This document shows positions 19,401-29,280 of a DNA stretch of 64,000 bases, one piece after another. Numbering within the stretch: the first letter of the stretch is position 1; every line of letters begins with the position of its first letter. Origin of the DNA: Candidatus Bathyarchaeia archaeon (GTDB lineage Archaea; Thermoproteota; Bathyarchaeia; 40CM-2-53-6). The notes under the pieces are model-generated. The model worked only from the letters and a program-made list of their open reading frames with translations, had not been told where the DNA came from and made no database searches. The stretch is from the NCBI GenBank assembly GCA_049513715.1, contig JBEKVV010000004.1, forward strand, positions 160,001 to 224,000, written 5' to 3'. Position numbers and translations under genes: made by a program.

Positions 19401-21335
19401 TTGTCGGCGCCTGAGTCAGGTCCACGGGGTGGAAGAATTGAATATCCTCCTGAATTGAAGTCGATGCTCAAGCGTGCCCTTGAAGATCCAGAAGGATTTT
19501 GGGGCGACGCAGCGAAGGAATTGCACTGGTTCAGGCGCTGGGACCGCGTATTTGAATGGAACTATCCGAATTTCTCATGGTACAAAGGAGCAACCACAAA
19601 CCTAGCCTACAACTGCCTAGAACGCAACATCGATAATGGAAGAGGCAACCACCCAGCCATAATATGGGAGAACGGCGAGGGGTTTCCTTCGCGCTCCTTA
19701 ACCTACAGTCAACTGTTGGATGAAGTCAAACGATTCGCCAATGCGCTGAAAGCCCTTGGAGTAAACCGAGGCGACAGAGTAACAATCTACATGCCTATGG
19801 TGCCTGAAGCTGCAATCGCGATGCTGGCGACGGTAAGAATTGGCGCGATACACTCCGTTGTGTTTGGAGGTTTCGGGTACGGAGCCTTGTCGGACAGATT
19901 ATTGGACGCAGGTTCCACGCTTATCGTTACAGCGGATGTTGGCTACAGACGCGGAAGCCCAATTAAACTCAAGGAAGTTGTCGACGAATCCCTCAGAACC
20001 AGCGCGACCAAAGTACGGAAGGTCATAGTGCTAAAACGAGCCGAGAACGACTTACCGATGGTCTCGGGGAGAGACATCCTCTGGCAAGACGCGTTGGAAC
20101 AGGGGAAGGGAGCTGATGCTCAAGTCGAGAAGGTGCGTGCTGAAGAACCAGTCTTCATCCTTTACACTTCTGGAACCATGGCTAAACCGAAGGGCACCGT
20201 TCAGCCTCACGGGAGTTACCAAGTTTACATCCATGCCATGGGCAAATGGGTCTACAACATGGATGAGACCGATATCTGGTGGTCCACCTCGGACATTGGC
20301 TGGATCGTCGGTCATAGCTACGTTGTGTATGCACCATTGCTCTTCGGTTGCACGACGATAATGTATGAGGGACTGCCGGACCATCCTTCACCTGACATAT
20401 GGTGGCGGATAATCGAAAGGAACAAGGTATCGAGGTTCTGGATCTCACCTACGGGTGTTCGTGCCCTAATGAAGTACGGGGACGACTACCCGAAGAAATA
20501 CGACCTAAGCTCACTCAAACTCGTCGCGTGCGCCGGTGAAGTTCTCAACCCACCTGCATGGGAATGGCTCCAGAAGAAAGTGCTCGCGGACAGAATCCCC
20601 GTAATCGATCATATGTGGCAGACGGAAACAAGCGGCCCAATAGTCGGAAACCCGGCTGGGATTGCACTGCTGCCAATAAAGCCCGGCTCAGCAGCAATCC
20701 CACTCCCAGGGGTAGATGCAGAAATTGTCGACGACGAGGGAAAGCCAGTTGCACCCGGAATCGAAGGGACCTTCGTCCTGAAGAAACCTTTCCCCGGGTT
20801 GACCCCAACTCTATGGTGCGACCACGAACGATACGTGGAAAGCTACTGGAACAGATTTCCAGGCCTCTACACGACTGGCGACGCAGCCATGAAAGACGAG
20901 GACGGTTACATCTGGTTCCTAGGGCGAGTTGACGAGGTCATCAAGATCTCCTCACACAGGATCGGAACGATCGAAATTGAAAGCGCGCTACTTCAAGACT
21001 CGAACGTGGCTGAAACCGCGGTTGTGGGGCGCCCCGACCCTCTCAGGGGAGAGACTGCATGTGCATTCGTTGTTCTGAAAGAAAGCTCAAAGGCAACGGA
21101 CGATTTGAAGCAGGCGCTGAGAAGCCTCGTTAGAAAGACCTTGGGACCCATAGTCGTAATTAGCGACATTTACTTCGTCAACAAGCTACCCAAAACACGA
21201 AGTGGTAAAATCATGCGACGCCTGATCAAGGCTGTAATTTCGAACAAGCCCCTTGGAGACTACTCTACGATAGAAGATGAATCTTCAATAGAGGAACTCA
21301 AGAAAGCTGCTTCGAATTCTCACAACCGGTCATAG
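19401..21335 (+). CDS. acs: Acetyl-CoA synthetase (AMP-forming)
   Basis: YTSGTMAKPKG, WQTETSG, TGD and PKTRSGKIMRR motifs. Confidence 0.92.
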   Translation: MSAPESGPRGGRIEYPPELKSMLKRALEDPEGFWGDAAKELHWFRRWDRVFEWNYPNFSWYKGATTNLAYNCLERNIDNGRGNHPAIIWENGEGFPSRSLTYSQLLDEVKRFANALKALGVNRGDRVTIYMPMVPEAAIAMLATVRIGAIHSVVFGGFGYGALSDRLLDAGSTLIVTADVGYRRGSPIKLKEVVDESLRTSATKVRKVIVLKRAENDLPMVSGRDILWQDALEQGKGADAQVEKVRAEEPVFILYTSGTMAKPKGTVQPHGSYQVYIHAMGKWVYNMDETDIWWSTSDIGWIVGHSYVVYAPLLFGCTTIMYEGLPDHPSPDIWWRIIERNKVSRFWISPTGVRALMKYGDDYPKKYDLSSLKLVACAGEVLNPPAWEWLQKKVLADRIPVIDHMWQTETSGPIVGNPAGIALLPIKPGSAAIPLPGVDAEIVDDEGKPVAPGIEGTFVLKKPFPGLTPTLWCDHERYVESYWNRFPGLYTTGDAAMKDEDGYIWFLGRVDEVIKISSHRIGTIEIESALLQDSNVAETAVVGRPDPLRGETACAFVVLKESSKATDDLKQALRSLVRKTLGPIVVISDIYFVNKLPKTRSGKIMRRLIKAVISNKPLGDYSTIEDESSIEELKKAASNSHNRS

Positions 21336-21438
21336 TTCCTCTATTCCACATCGTGCCTGGTTCTGCCTCTCGAAGGGCTCCTCCACTGACAAGTTATCGT
21401 ATCCCTTTTACTTGTCAAGCGCTGGATAATCCATCCAG

Positions 21439-21984
21439 GTGTATCTGATGCTGAACAAGACGAAAACTCTCACTTTGATCGCAGCCCTCTCCGCAGCGAA
21501 TGTGGCTTTCAGGTTTGCGTTGGCGGGCGGTCCCCCTAATGTCAAACCAACAGCGTTCTTGGTTATTGTTGCAGGTATCATTGGGGGGCCGATTTCCGGT
21601 TTTGCTGTTGGTTGGCTCAGTATGACTGTCAGCGATTTGGCGGCTTTCGGCGCAGGAATCTGGACAATCGAGACCTCTGGGGGTATGGCAATTGTTGGAC
21701 TGCTGGCCGGGTTCATATGGCACCGCGTCGCCCTACTCAACCGCTGGAAAATGGCGTTAGGGGGATTTCTTCTAACCGTAGTCTATGATGTTGGTACGTC
21801 TATTGTGGATGCGTTGCTCTTCAGCTACCCAGTAAGGTCAGCTATTCTCGGCCTATACGTTCCATTTCTGGCTGGAAGCGTAAGCCCATACCCATTCGGC
21901 CTGGTCCATGAGCTCACAACTGCTATCCTGCTTGGCACAATCGGCCCGTCGCTCATCACACAAATCAGAAGAGTCTACCGCTAG
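21439..21984 (+). CDS. ECF transporter S component
   Basis: PPNVKPT and GIIGGPISGFAVG patterns; about 6 TM helices. Confidence 0.7.
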   Translation: MYLMLNKTKTLTLIAALSAANVAFRFALAGGPPNVKPTAFLVIVAGIIGGPISGFAVGWLSMTVSDLAAFGAGIWTIETSGGMAIVGLLAGFIWHRVALLNRWKMALGGFLLTVVYDVGTSIVDALLFSYPVRSAILGLYVPFLAGSVSPYPFGLVHELTTAILLGTIGPSLITQIRRVYR

Positions 21985-22077
21985 GTCTCACCGATTCTGA
22001 ATGTATCCGAATGCTTTCAATGAGGAGCAACACCTAAACACCGGCAAAGTCGGGTTCTCGCTGAGTTTGGTGGGAGC

Positions 22078-22545
22078 TTGCCTAAAGTTGGAGATAAGGC
22101 GCCTCGTTTCCATTTGTTGTCAGGTCGGGGGGAGTATGTATCTCTGGATGATTTTCTCGGTAAACGAAGCCTTGTGGTGTATTTCTATCCGAAGGATTAC
22201 ACGGCCGGCTGCGTAAGAGAAGCGGTTTCGTTCCGGGATGCTTACTCGACATTGGTGGCGTTGGGTGCCGAGGTTGTTGGAATAAGCAGAGATCCTCCGA
22301 GCTCTCACGAACGATTTGCGAGAGACGAGCGCTTGCAGTTTCCTCTCGTGAGCGACACGGATGGCTCAGTTAGGAAAGCCTATGGTGTGAAGTCAACTTT
22401 CGGAATTAGTGGCCGGGTCACCTTTGTAATCGATAAGCAGGGAATCATTAGGCACGTATACTCGTCCCAAGTGCATCCGAGTAAGCATGTTGAGGAAGCG
22501 GTCCGTGCGTTGAATCGTTTGGTTGAGTCTGCCAAAACAGATTGA
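22078..22545 (+). CDS. bcp: Peroxiredoxin (BCP/PrxQ)
   Basis: YFYPKDYTAGCVREA motif. Confidence 0.92.
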   Translation: MPKVGDKAPRFHLLSGRGEYVSLDDFLGKRSLVVYFYPKDYTAGCVREAVSFRDAYSTLVALGAEVVGISRDPPSSHERFARDERLQFPLVSDTDGSVRKAYGVKSTFGISGRVTFVIDKQGIIRHVYSSQVHPSKHVEEAVRALNRLVESAKTD

Positions 22546-22574
22546 AAACCAAAAGCTGGCGTGAATAGTTCTCT

Positions 22575-23735
22575 TCAAGCTGGCTTGGTTTTCTTCCATT
22601 CTTCAGCCAGCCTGATTCGCCTCGATGAAGAAGGATGGGTGTAGAAGAAGAATTCAACAGCCGGGTTCGGCTTATCAACTGAGAGGCTCAAGTCTGCCAG
22701 CCGTTTCTCGGCTGATGCCTGGGCATCGGCGTCGTCCGCGGCCCGTAGAGCGAACTCGTCCGCTTGGCGTTCAACAACCCTGGAATACGAGTTGGAGATT
22801 GGTTGCAGAATGAAATTCACACAAATCAACACAGCGAAGATTATCGGGGCGCCCGCAGGATCCGCTATTCCACTGAAGCCGAGGCTGACGGCGTTTTGTC
22901 TGAGCACGTAGTCTGCGAGAAAGAAAGGTGGAATCGCTAACAAACCTGATGCGACCGCTTCCTTCCAAATATCCCTGTTCACATAATGCCCAAGCTCATG
23001 TGCGACGACCGTGACGACTTCTCTCCGGGTAAATTTGTCGATCAGAGTGTCAAACAGGACGATTGTCTTGCTCTTTCCAATTCCGGAAAACATGGCGTTC
23101 GCGCGGATAGACTTCCGGCTTTCATCTGCCACCAGAACTCGATCGATGTTTCTTGCACCCATCTTCCGAGATATCTCAAGTAGGTTGTCCTTGAGTGCGG
23201 AGTCAGTGAGGGGTGTGACTTTGTAAAAGATCGGCATGATCACGTACGGCAGTATTATCGAAATTAGAATCGAGAATATGGCGAAGAGGGCTGCTGCCAC
23301 AAGCCACCAAATATCCGTTGACAGGATCAGATAATACAGAAGCGACCCTGCAAGAATCCCTATTGCCAGTTCAAGTCCTAGGCCCTTCAGCTCATCCATG
23401 AGCCAATCCTTCACCCCTTGCATGGAGAGGCCGAATTTGTGGTCCAGAATGTATCCGGAATAGAATGAGAGGGGTGACTCTAAGAGTCCAAGGAAGAGAA
23501 AGAAGACCAGGAAATATGCGACGACCGTCATCCAGTAGGAGCCTGAAATCAGTTGAAGGGACTTACTAAGGATGAGTGAGGCACCGGAGAAAACCAAGAG
23601 CAAGCAAATAACGACGGGAACAACCGTTCCGCCCACGATGTCCAAAGCTAGCCTCACATTTTCGTATCTGTTTGCGAGGGCCCGCTTTTTCTCATCGTAC
23701 TGGTAGGATGGCTCTCCTTGCTCCGGTTCTTGCAT
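22575..23735 (-). CDS. M48 (Ste24-like) membrane metalloprotease
   Basis: ANA, AHELGH, ERQAD and THP motifs; multiple TM helices. Confidence 0.9.
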   Translation of the reverse strand: MQEPEQGEPSYQYDEKKRALANRYENVRLALDIVGGTVVPVVICLLLVFSGASLILSKSLQLISGSYWMTVVAYFLVFFLFLGLLESPLSFYSGYILDHKFGLSMQGVKDWLMDELKGLGLELAIGILAGSLLYYLILSTDIWWLVAAALFAIFSILISIILPYVIMPIFYKVTPLTDSALKDNLLEISRKMGARNIDRVLVADESRKSIRANAMFSGIGKSKTIVLFDTLIDKFTRREVVTVVAHELGHYVNRDIWKEAVASGLLAIPPFFLADYVLRQNAVSLGFSGIADPAGAPIIFAVLICVNFILQPISNSYSRVVERQADEFALRAADDADAQASAEKRLADLSLSVDKPNPAVEFFFYTHPSSSRRIRLAEEWKKTKPA

Positions 23736-24050
23736 CTGGTACCATTCCGGTGGCTGGGCGAATCGCCCAAGACTGACTAGAGACTGTCGTAGATAAGGAC
23801 GAATCCTCTGAGATCGTTCGGATAGTTGTGTTCAGCTCGGTGAAGAGTGTGAGGCGCCCGGACGTGGTTCCTCTCTCTTTTTCTTCGGCTTTCTGACCAT
23901 TTTTGGGTTTCCCAATCTAAATCACATTAAGTGTTGTTCGAAGGTGATAAAATAGGTATTGGCATTTGATATGGCGGCTTTGTCGTCGGGTGCTGTGAGG
24001 GATGGCACTAGCCTCAATGGCCTCTGCTCTCCCATGGAAGCGCTGGCTCG

Positions 24051-24518
24051 TCAAGATAGTGCGGAGGCATAAACGTACTCCTGCTCGGGCCCTCCGTTGC
24101 TGGCAATTTTGTAGGTTATGTGCACTTTCACGGAGTCGTTCAGCATCGCTCTCACTGAGCAGTACTTCTCTTGTGAGAGACGTATTGCTCTCTCAACGTC
24201 ATCCTTTCGGAGGTTGGGTCCAGCAATTGTGTACTCCAAATCTACCTCATCGTAGTACTTTGGATCCTCGTCGCGTCGCGTGCCTGTCGCGCAAACCTCG
24301 AACTTGTCAACTTTCTGCCTTTGCCTTTCCATGATCCATTGCACGTCCATTGCTGTGCATCCGGCCAACGCGGCCAGAAAGAGTTCCATGGGCGTGAACG
24401 ATTGGCCCATCTGTTCAGATGAGTCTAGTTTCACCATGCGGCCGTCGTGCAGTTCCACACTGAATTTCATTTCATCGATGTGCTTGAGCTTCAACTCGAC
24501 TGACGGTGTCGTTTTCAA
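24051..24518 (-). CDS. OsmC/YhfA family protein
   Basis: PMELFLAALAGC and KYCSV motifs. Confidence 0.88.
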   Translation of the reverse strand: MKTTPSVELKLKHIDEMKFSVELHDGRMVKLDSSEQMGQSFTPMELFLAALAGCTAMDVQWIMERQRQKVDKFEVCATGTRRDEDPKYYDEVDLEYTIAGPNLRKDDVERAIRLSQEKYCSVRAMLNDSVKVHITYKIASNGGPEQEYVYASALS

Positions 24519-24623
24519 TCAACCCACAGAATCTATACTAGCATTGAGAATATCAATTGATGACGCGTTGAAGCATCAAAGTAAGTATTGATATAAGCAC
24601 CCTCCAAAGCACGCTCGGATGAC

Positions 24624-25400
24624 TTGGAATTGGAATCACTCAGGGATCGCATTGTTCTGATCACGGGTGCAAGTAGCGGTATTGGGGCGGCCTGTGCACG
24701 TGTCCTTGGGAAGGATGGGGCGCGGCTAATTCTTAACGCGCGCCGGAAGGAACGGTTGGATGCGTTGGCCTCTGAGCTACGCGAACGTTATGGAACCGCC
24801 ACTCACGTGTGCTCGTTCGACGTGCGGGATTTCGCACAAGTGAAAGGCGTCGTTGAGAAGCTGCCCGCGGAATGGCAGGCTATTGACGTTCTGGTTAACA
24901 ACGCGGGGCTGGCGCGGGGTTTCGATACACTACATGAGGGTCAAATTGAGGATTGGGATGAGATGATTGACTGCAATGTCAAAGGGCTTCTCTACATGAC
25001 CCGTTTGGTGGTTCCCGGCATGGTCAAGCGTGGCCGGGGCCATGTTGTGAACATAGCCTCCATTGCGGGCATTCAGACCTATCCGAAGGGGAACGTGTAC
25101 TGCGCGTCGAAAGCGGCTGTGAGGGCTATTTCAGATGGTTTGAAACAGGATTTGACGGGGACCCCAGTACGAGTCACAACCATCAGCCCCGGGCTTGTTG
25201 AGACGGAATTCGCTGAGGTAAGGTTCCGAGGCAACAAGGAACGTGCCGCCCAAACCTACAAGGGCCTCACACCGTTGACAGGAAATGACGTCGCCGACGC
25301 GGTGCATTACTGCCTAACAAGGCCGCCACACGTGAACATTAACGAAGTTGTCCTTATGCCCGTAGATCAGTCAAGTGCAACCTTGGTCCACCGCAGGTGA
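24624..25400 (+). CDS. SDR oxidoreductase, YdfG-like
   Basis: TGASSGIG, NNAGLA, YCASK and PGLVETEF motifs. Confidence 0.88.
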   Translation: MELESLRDRIVLITGASSGIGAACARVLGKDGARLILNARRKERLDALASELRERYGTATHVCSFDVRDFAQVKGVVEKLPAEWQAIDVLVNNAGLARGFDTLHEGQIEDWDEMIDCNVKGLLYMTRLVVPGMVKRGRGHVVNIASIAGIQTYPKGNVYCASKAAVRAISDGLKQDLTGTPVRVTTISPGLVETEFAEVRFRGNKERAAQTYKGLTPLTGNDVADAVHYCLTRPPHVNINEVVLMPVDQSSATLVHRR

Positions 25401-25646
25401 ACGGGACAGGAGTAGTAGGTGTCCGGCACCTTCCTCAAAAGTAATTAGGCACTTACCACGTACTGTTGAGCTGTCGAGAAAACTTCCGGGCTTAATTTGC
25501 ACAGGCTTGAGGGGCTCGGTTGTTTAGCGGAGCACTTGTACTGGCCCAACCTTTATTAGCGTGGGTCCGGTGGTTCTATGGAAAGTTTCTGAAAGGCTCA
25601 TGCTAAGAGCTGGATGAATCTTTTCTCCGCGGAGAGAACACTTAGA

Positions 25647-25907
25647 TTGAAAGATACCGAAAAAGAAGAGAGGCCATACGATCTTTTCGCGCACGATTTC
25701 GTTCCAAAGCATGAACTTCTCTCAAAGAAGGAGGCTGAGGAATTGATGCGCGAGTTCCATATCAAGCCGTACCAACTCCCATACGTCAGAACAAGCGATC
25801 CTGCGGCTGAGACCTTGGGCGCTAAGATGGGAGATGTTTTACGTGTAACGAGAAAAAGCGCGACTGCTGGCCAAGTTGTCGTTTACCGTTATGTCGTTGA
25901 TGGGTAA
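25647..25907 (+). CDS. rpoH: RNA polymerase subunit H (Rpo5)
   Basis: VPKHELL, SDPAA, RKSATAG and YRYV motifs; TTG start at 25647 is likely. Confidence 0.93.
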   Translation: MKDTEKEERPYDLFAHDFVPKHELLSKKEAEELMREFHIKPYQLPYVRTSDPAAETLGAKMGDVLRVTRKSATAGQVVVYRYVVDG

Positions 25908-25916
25908 TGTGATTTC

Positions 25917-28900
25917 ATGACAATGACATCAACCGCAACCGTGAGCCCACAAATATGGGACCTGATCAAACATTTCCTTGAAGAGAAAGGACTGGTCAGG
26001 CAGCATGTCGATTCCTACAACGAATTTATTGAGACTGGGCTGCAAGCCATAGTCGACGAATCATCCGAAATCCCTATCGAGATCGAAGACTACCCGCTCA
26101 AAATCAAATTGGGTAAGATTGAGATCGGGACGCCGCGAGTAACCGAAGTTGACGGCTCGGAACGGCAAATATTTCCGACCGAAGCGAGGATTCGTAATCT
26201 TACTTACGCAGCCCCACTCCATTTGGAGATGACCCCTGTCATCGGGGAGAGGGAAGGCCAAACTGAGATTGTGTATATTGGCGATTTTCCCGTCATGCTT
26301 CGTTCTAAGATCTGCCCGTTGTCGCGCATGACCCCAGAGGAACTCATCAGCATTGGAGAGGACCCGCTGGACCCTGGTGGTTATTTCATCGTAAACGGGG
26401 CAGAGAGGGTCGTAGTTGCTCTGGAGGATTTGGCGGCTAACCGAATCTTGGTGGATAAGGAGCAGACGGGCGTTCACCCAACCTACAAAGCTAAGATTTT
26501 CTCGACGACAGTTGGTTTCAGGGCACGCACGGAAGTCACCATGAAGACTGATGGCGCAATTTACGTCACCATGCCAGGCGTCCCAACCGACATTCCAATA
26601 GTCGTCATGATGAAGACACTGGGCTACGAAGAGGATTCGAAGATTGCGGAGTTGATCTCCACCGCTGATCCTCTCCAAAACCAACTCGCCTCAACCTTCG
26701 AGAAATCCATTGGAGTCGTAACCCAACGGGACGCGCTCCTCTACATTGGTAACAGGTTAGCGCCAGGCCAAGTCGAAGACTACAGGCTGAAGAAAGCAGA
26801 AGCGGCTATAGACAGAAACTTCCTACCCCACATAGGGCGCAACCCAGAAGACCGGAAAGAGAAAGCTGCGTGCCTTGCTGAAGTTGGCTGTCGCGTAATT
26901 GAACTCAAACTCAAAATGCGACAACCCGACGACAAAGACCATTACGCGAACAAACGTCTAAAACTCGCAGGATCACTGCTCGCGGAGCTTTTCCGAATCT
27001 CATTCAGAAACCTCATCCGCGATCTCAAGTACCAGCTTGAGCGGATCACTATACGCAGACACGCAGAGCTCTCAATCAGTAACGCAATCCGACCGGGCAT
27101 AATCACTGAAAGGATACAACACGCAATTGCCACGGGCAATTGGGTTCGCGGGCGCGTTGGCGTGACGCAACTACTTGACCGCACAAACTTCTCCTCCACC
27201 CTAAGCCACCTACGCAGGCTCCAATCACCCCTAAGCCGAAGCCAGCCAAACCTTGAGGCCAGAGACCTACACCCAACACACTGGGGAAGGCTCTGCCCGA
27301 GCGAAACACCTGAAGGATCAAACTGCGGCCTCGTCAAAAACTTGGCATTGAGCGCGGTCATCTCCATAGGAGTTGACTCACATGAATTCGTCTCCAAACT
27401 TAGAAGAATGGAAGTCGTCGGAATGGAAGTGGCCGACAGAAAGCTCCGGGAAACAGGAGCGAAGGTTTTCGTTGACGGCTTGATAGCAGGTTATGTGAAC
27501 GATGCAGAGAAGTTAGCTCAAGAACTCGTCAGAATGCGAAGAAACGGCGAGATAAGCTCCGAAGTCAACATCGCCCACTCGCCGCCACAATTCGAGGGCG
27601 CTCGGCCCGAGTTGTATGTGAACTGCGACCAAGGCCGAGTGAGAAGACCGATCATAATTGTTGAAAATCAAAAGCCACGGCTTACCAGGGAACATGTGGA
27701 ATCGATTCAGCGTGGCGAGATGCGTTGGGAGGACCTGATCGACCGTGGAATCGTCGAATACCTCGACGCCGATGAAGAAGAGAACGCCCTTATTGCGCCC
27801 GCACCTAACCGCATCAACGAGAAGACAACTCACCTAGAGATAGCGCCTTACACGATACTCGGGATCGCCGCGTCGCTCATTCCATACCCAGAGCACAACC
27901 AGTCACCCCGAAACGCCTACGAATCAGCAATGGCGAAGCAGGCGTTGGGAGTTTTCTGTGTCAATTACGCTAACCGAGTCGATTCACGCGCCCACATCCT
28001 ACACTACCCACAGGTGCCCGTGGTTCGAACTAAGCCCATGGACATCATCAAGTACGACAGCCGCCCCGCAGGCCAGAACTGCGTCGTCGCTCTTCTCTGC
28101 TACCAAGGCTACAACATGGAGGACGCCATCATCATCAACAAATCCTCCGTGGACCGAGGCCTCTTCCGCTCAACATTCTACCGTGTCTACGAAGGTGAAT
28201 GCAGACAATACCTCGGAGGTCTGAGAGACAAATTCGAAGTGCCTGAAGCAGGAATCAGAGGCTATAGAGGGGACAGGTACTACCGACTCCTAGAAGAAGA
28301 CGGCGTGATCTCAGTCGAATCAGAAGTCACAGGCAACAGCGTACTAATTGGAAGGACAAGCCCACCGAGATTCCTCGAAGAATATAGAGAGTTCGAAGTC
28401 AAAGGCCCAACCAAGAGAGACTCATCCGTCGGCATGCGCCCCTCAGAGGAAGGAATTGTAGACGCCGTTTTTCTAAGCGAATCAATTGAAGGAAACCGCC
28501 TAGTCAAATGCAGAGTCCGAGACATAAGAATCCCCGAATTAGGCGACAAATTCGCGTCACGGCACGGACAGAAAGGAGTCATCGGAACCCTGATCCCACA
28601 CGAGAACATGCCCTTCACCGAGCAAGGCGTCGTCCCGGATGTCATAATCAACCCGCACGCAATCCCGTCACGTATGACCATCGGCCAATTTGTAGAGGCA
28701 ATCGCGGGCAAAGTCGCAAGCTTGCGCGGCGAAGCAGTCGACGGGACCGCCTTCAGCAACGAAAGGCCTGGAACACTCCGCGAAATGCTTCTTGAATTGG
28801 GCTTCCAACACAGCGGGCGAGAGGTTCTCTATAACGGAGTCGACGGCAGAAAACTCGTTGCCGACGTCTTCGTGGGCGTAGTGTACTACCAAAAGTTGCA

Positions 28901-29279
28901 CCACATGGTCGCAGACAAGATGCACGCAAGGGCCCGCGGCCAAGTGCAAATGCTCACTCGCCAACCAACCGAAGGGCGCGCAAGAGGCGGAGGGCTTAGG
29001 TTTGGCGAAATGGAACGTGACTGCTTGATCGGTCACGGCGCGTCAGCATTGCTTAGAGACCGCCTGCTGGAAGAGTCGGACAAGTACATGGTCATGATTT
29101 GCGAAACCTGCGGCCTCATAGCGTACCATGATGTGAAGCAGAACAAGTACATCTGCCGTATAGACGGCGACAAAGCGGTAGTCTCTCCAGTTCAACTCTC
29201 GTACGCATTCAAACTGCTATTGCAGGAACTGATGGCGCTGGGGATTGCCCCGCGCCTAGAAGTATCGGAGCGTGCATAG
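25917..29279 (+). CDS. rpoB: RNA polymerase subunit B (Rpo2), unsplit
   Basis: GDKFASRHGQKG, GGLRFGEMERD and YYQKLHHMV motifs. Confidence 0.98.
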   Translation: MTMTSTATVSPQIWDLIKHFLEEKGLVRQHVDSYNEFIETGLQAIVDESSEIPIEIEDYPLKIKLGKIEIGTPRVTEVDGSERQIFPTEARIRNLTYAAPLHLEMTPVIGEREGQTEIVYIGDFPVMLRSKICPLSRMTPEELISIGEDPLDPGGYFIVNGAERVVVALEDLAANRILVDKEQTGVHPTYKAKIFSTTVGFRARTEVTMKTDGAIYVTMPGVPTDIPIVVMMKTLGYEEDSKIAELISTADPLQNQLASTFEKSIGVVTQRDALLYIGNRLAPGQVEDYRLKKAEAAIDRNFLPHIGRNPEDRKEKAACLAEVGCRVIELKLKMRQPDDKDHYANKRLKLAGSLLAELFRISFRNLIRDLKYQLERITIRRHAELSISNAIRPGIITERIQHAIATGNWVRGRVGVTQLLDRTNFSSTLSHLRRLQSPLSRSQPNLEARDLHPTHWGRLCPSETPEGSNCGLVKNLALSAVISIGVDSHEFVSKLRRMEVVGMEVADRKLRETGAKVFVDGLIAGYVNDAEKLAQELVRMRRNGEISSEVNIAHSPPQFEGARPELYVNCDQGRVRRPIIIVENQKPRLTREHVESIQRGEMRWEDLIDRGIVEYLDADEEENALIAPAPNRINEKTTHLEIAPYTILGIAASLIPYPEHNQSPRNAYESAMAKQALGVFCVNYANRVDSRAHILHYPQVPVVRTKPMDIIKYDSRPAGQNCVVALLCYQGYNMEDAIIINKSSVDRGLFRSTFYRVYEGECRQYLGGLRDKFEVPEAGIRGYRGDRYYRLLEEDGVISVESEVTGNSVLIGRTSPPRFLEEYREFEVKGPTKRDSSVGMRPSEEGIVDAVFLSESIEGNRLVKCRVRDIRIPELGDKFASRHGQKGVIGTLIPHENMPFTEQGVVPDVIINPHAIPSRMTIGQFVEAIAGKVASLRGEAVDGTAFSNERPGTLREMLLELGFQHSGREVLYNGVDGRKLVADVFVGVVYYQKLHHMVADKMHARARGQVQMLTRQPTEGRARGGGLRFGEMERDCLIGHGASALLRDRLLEESDKYMVMICETCGLIAYHDVKQNKYICRIDGDKAVVSPVQLSYAFKLLLQELMALGIAPRLEVSERA

Positions 29280-29280
29280 A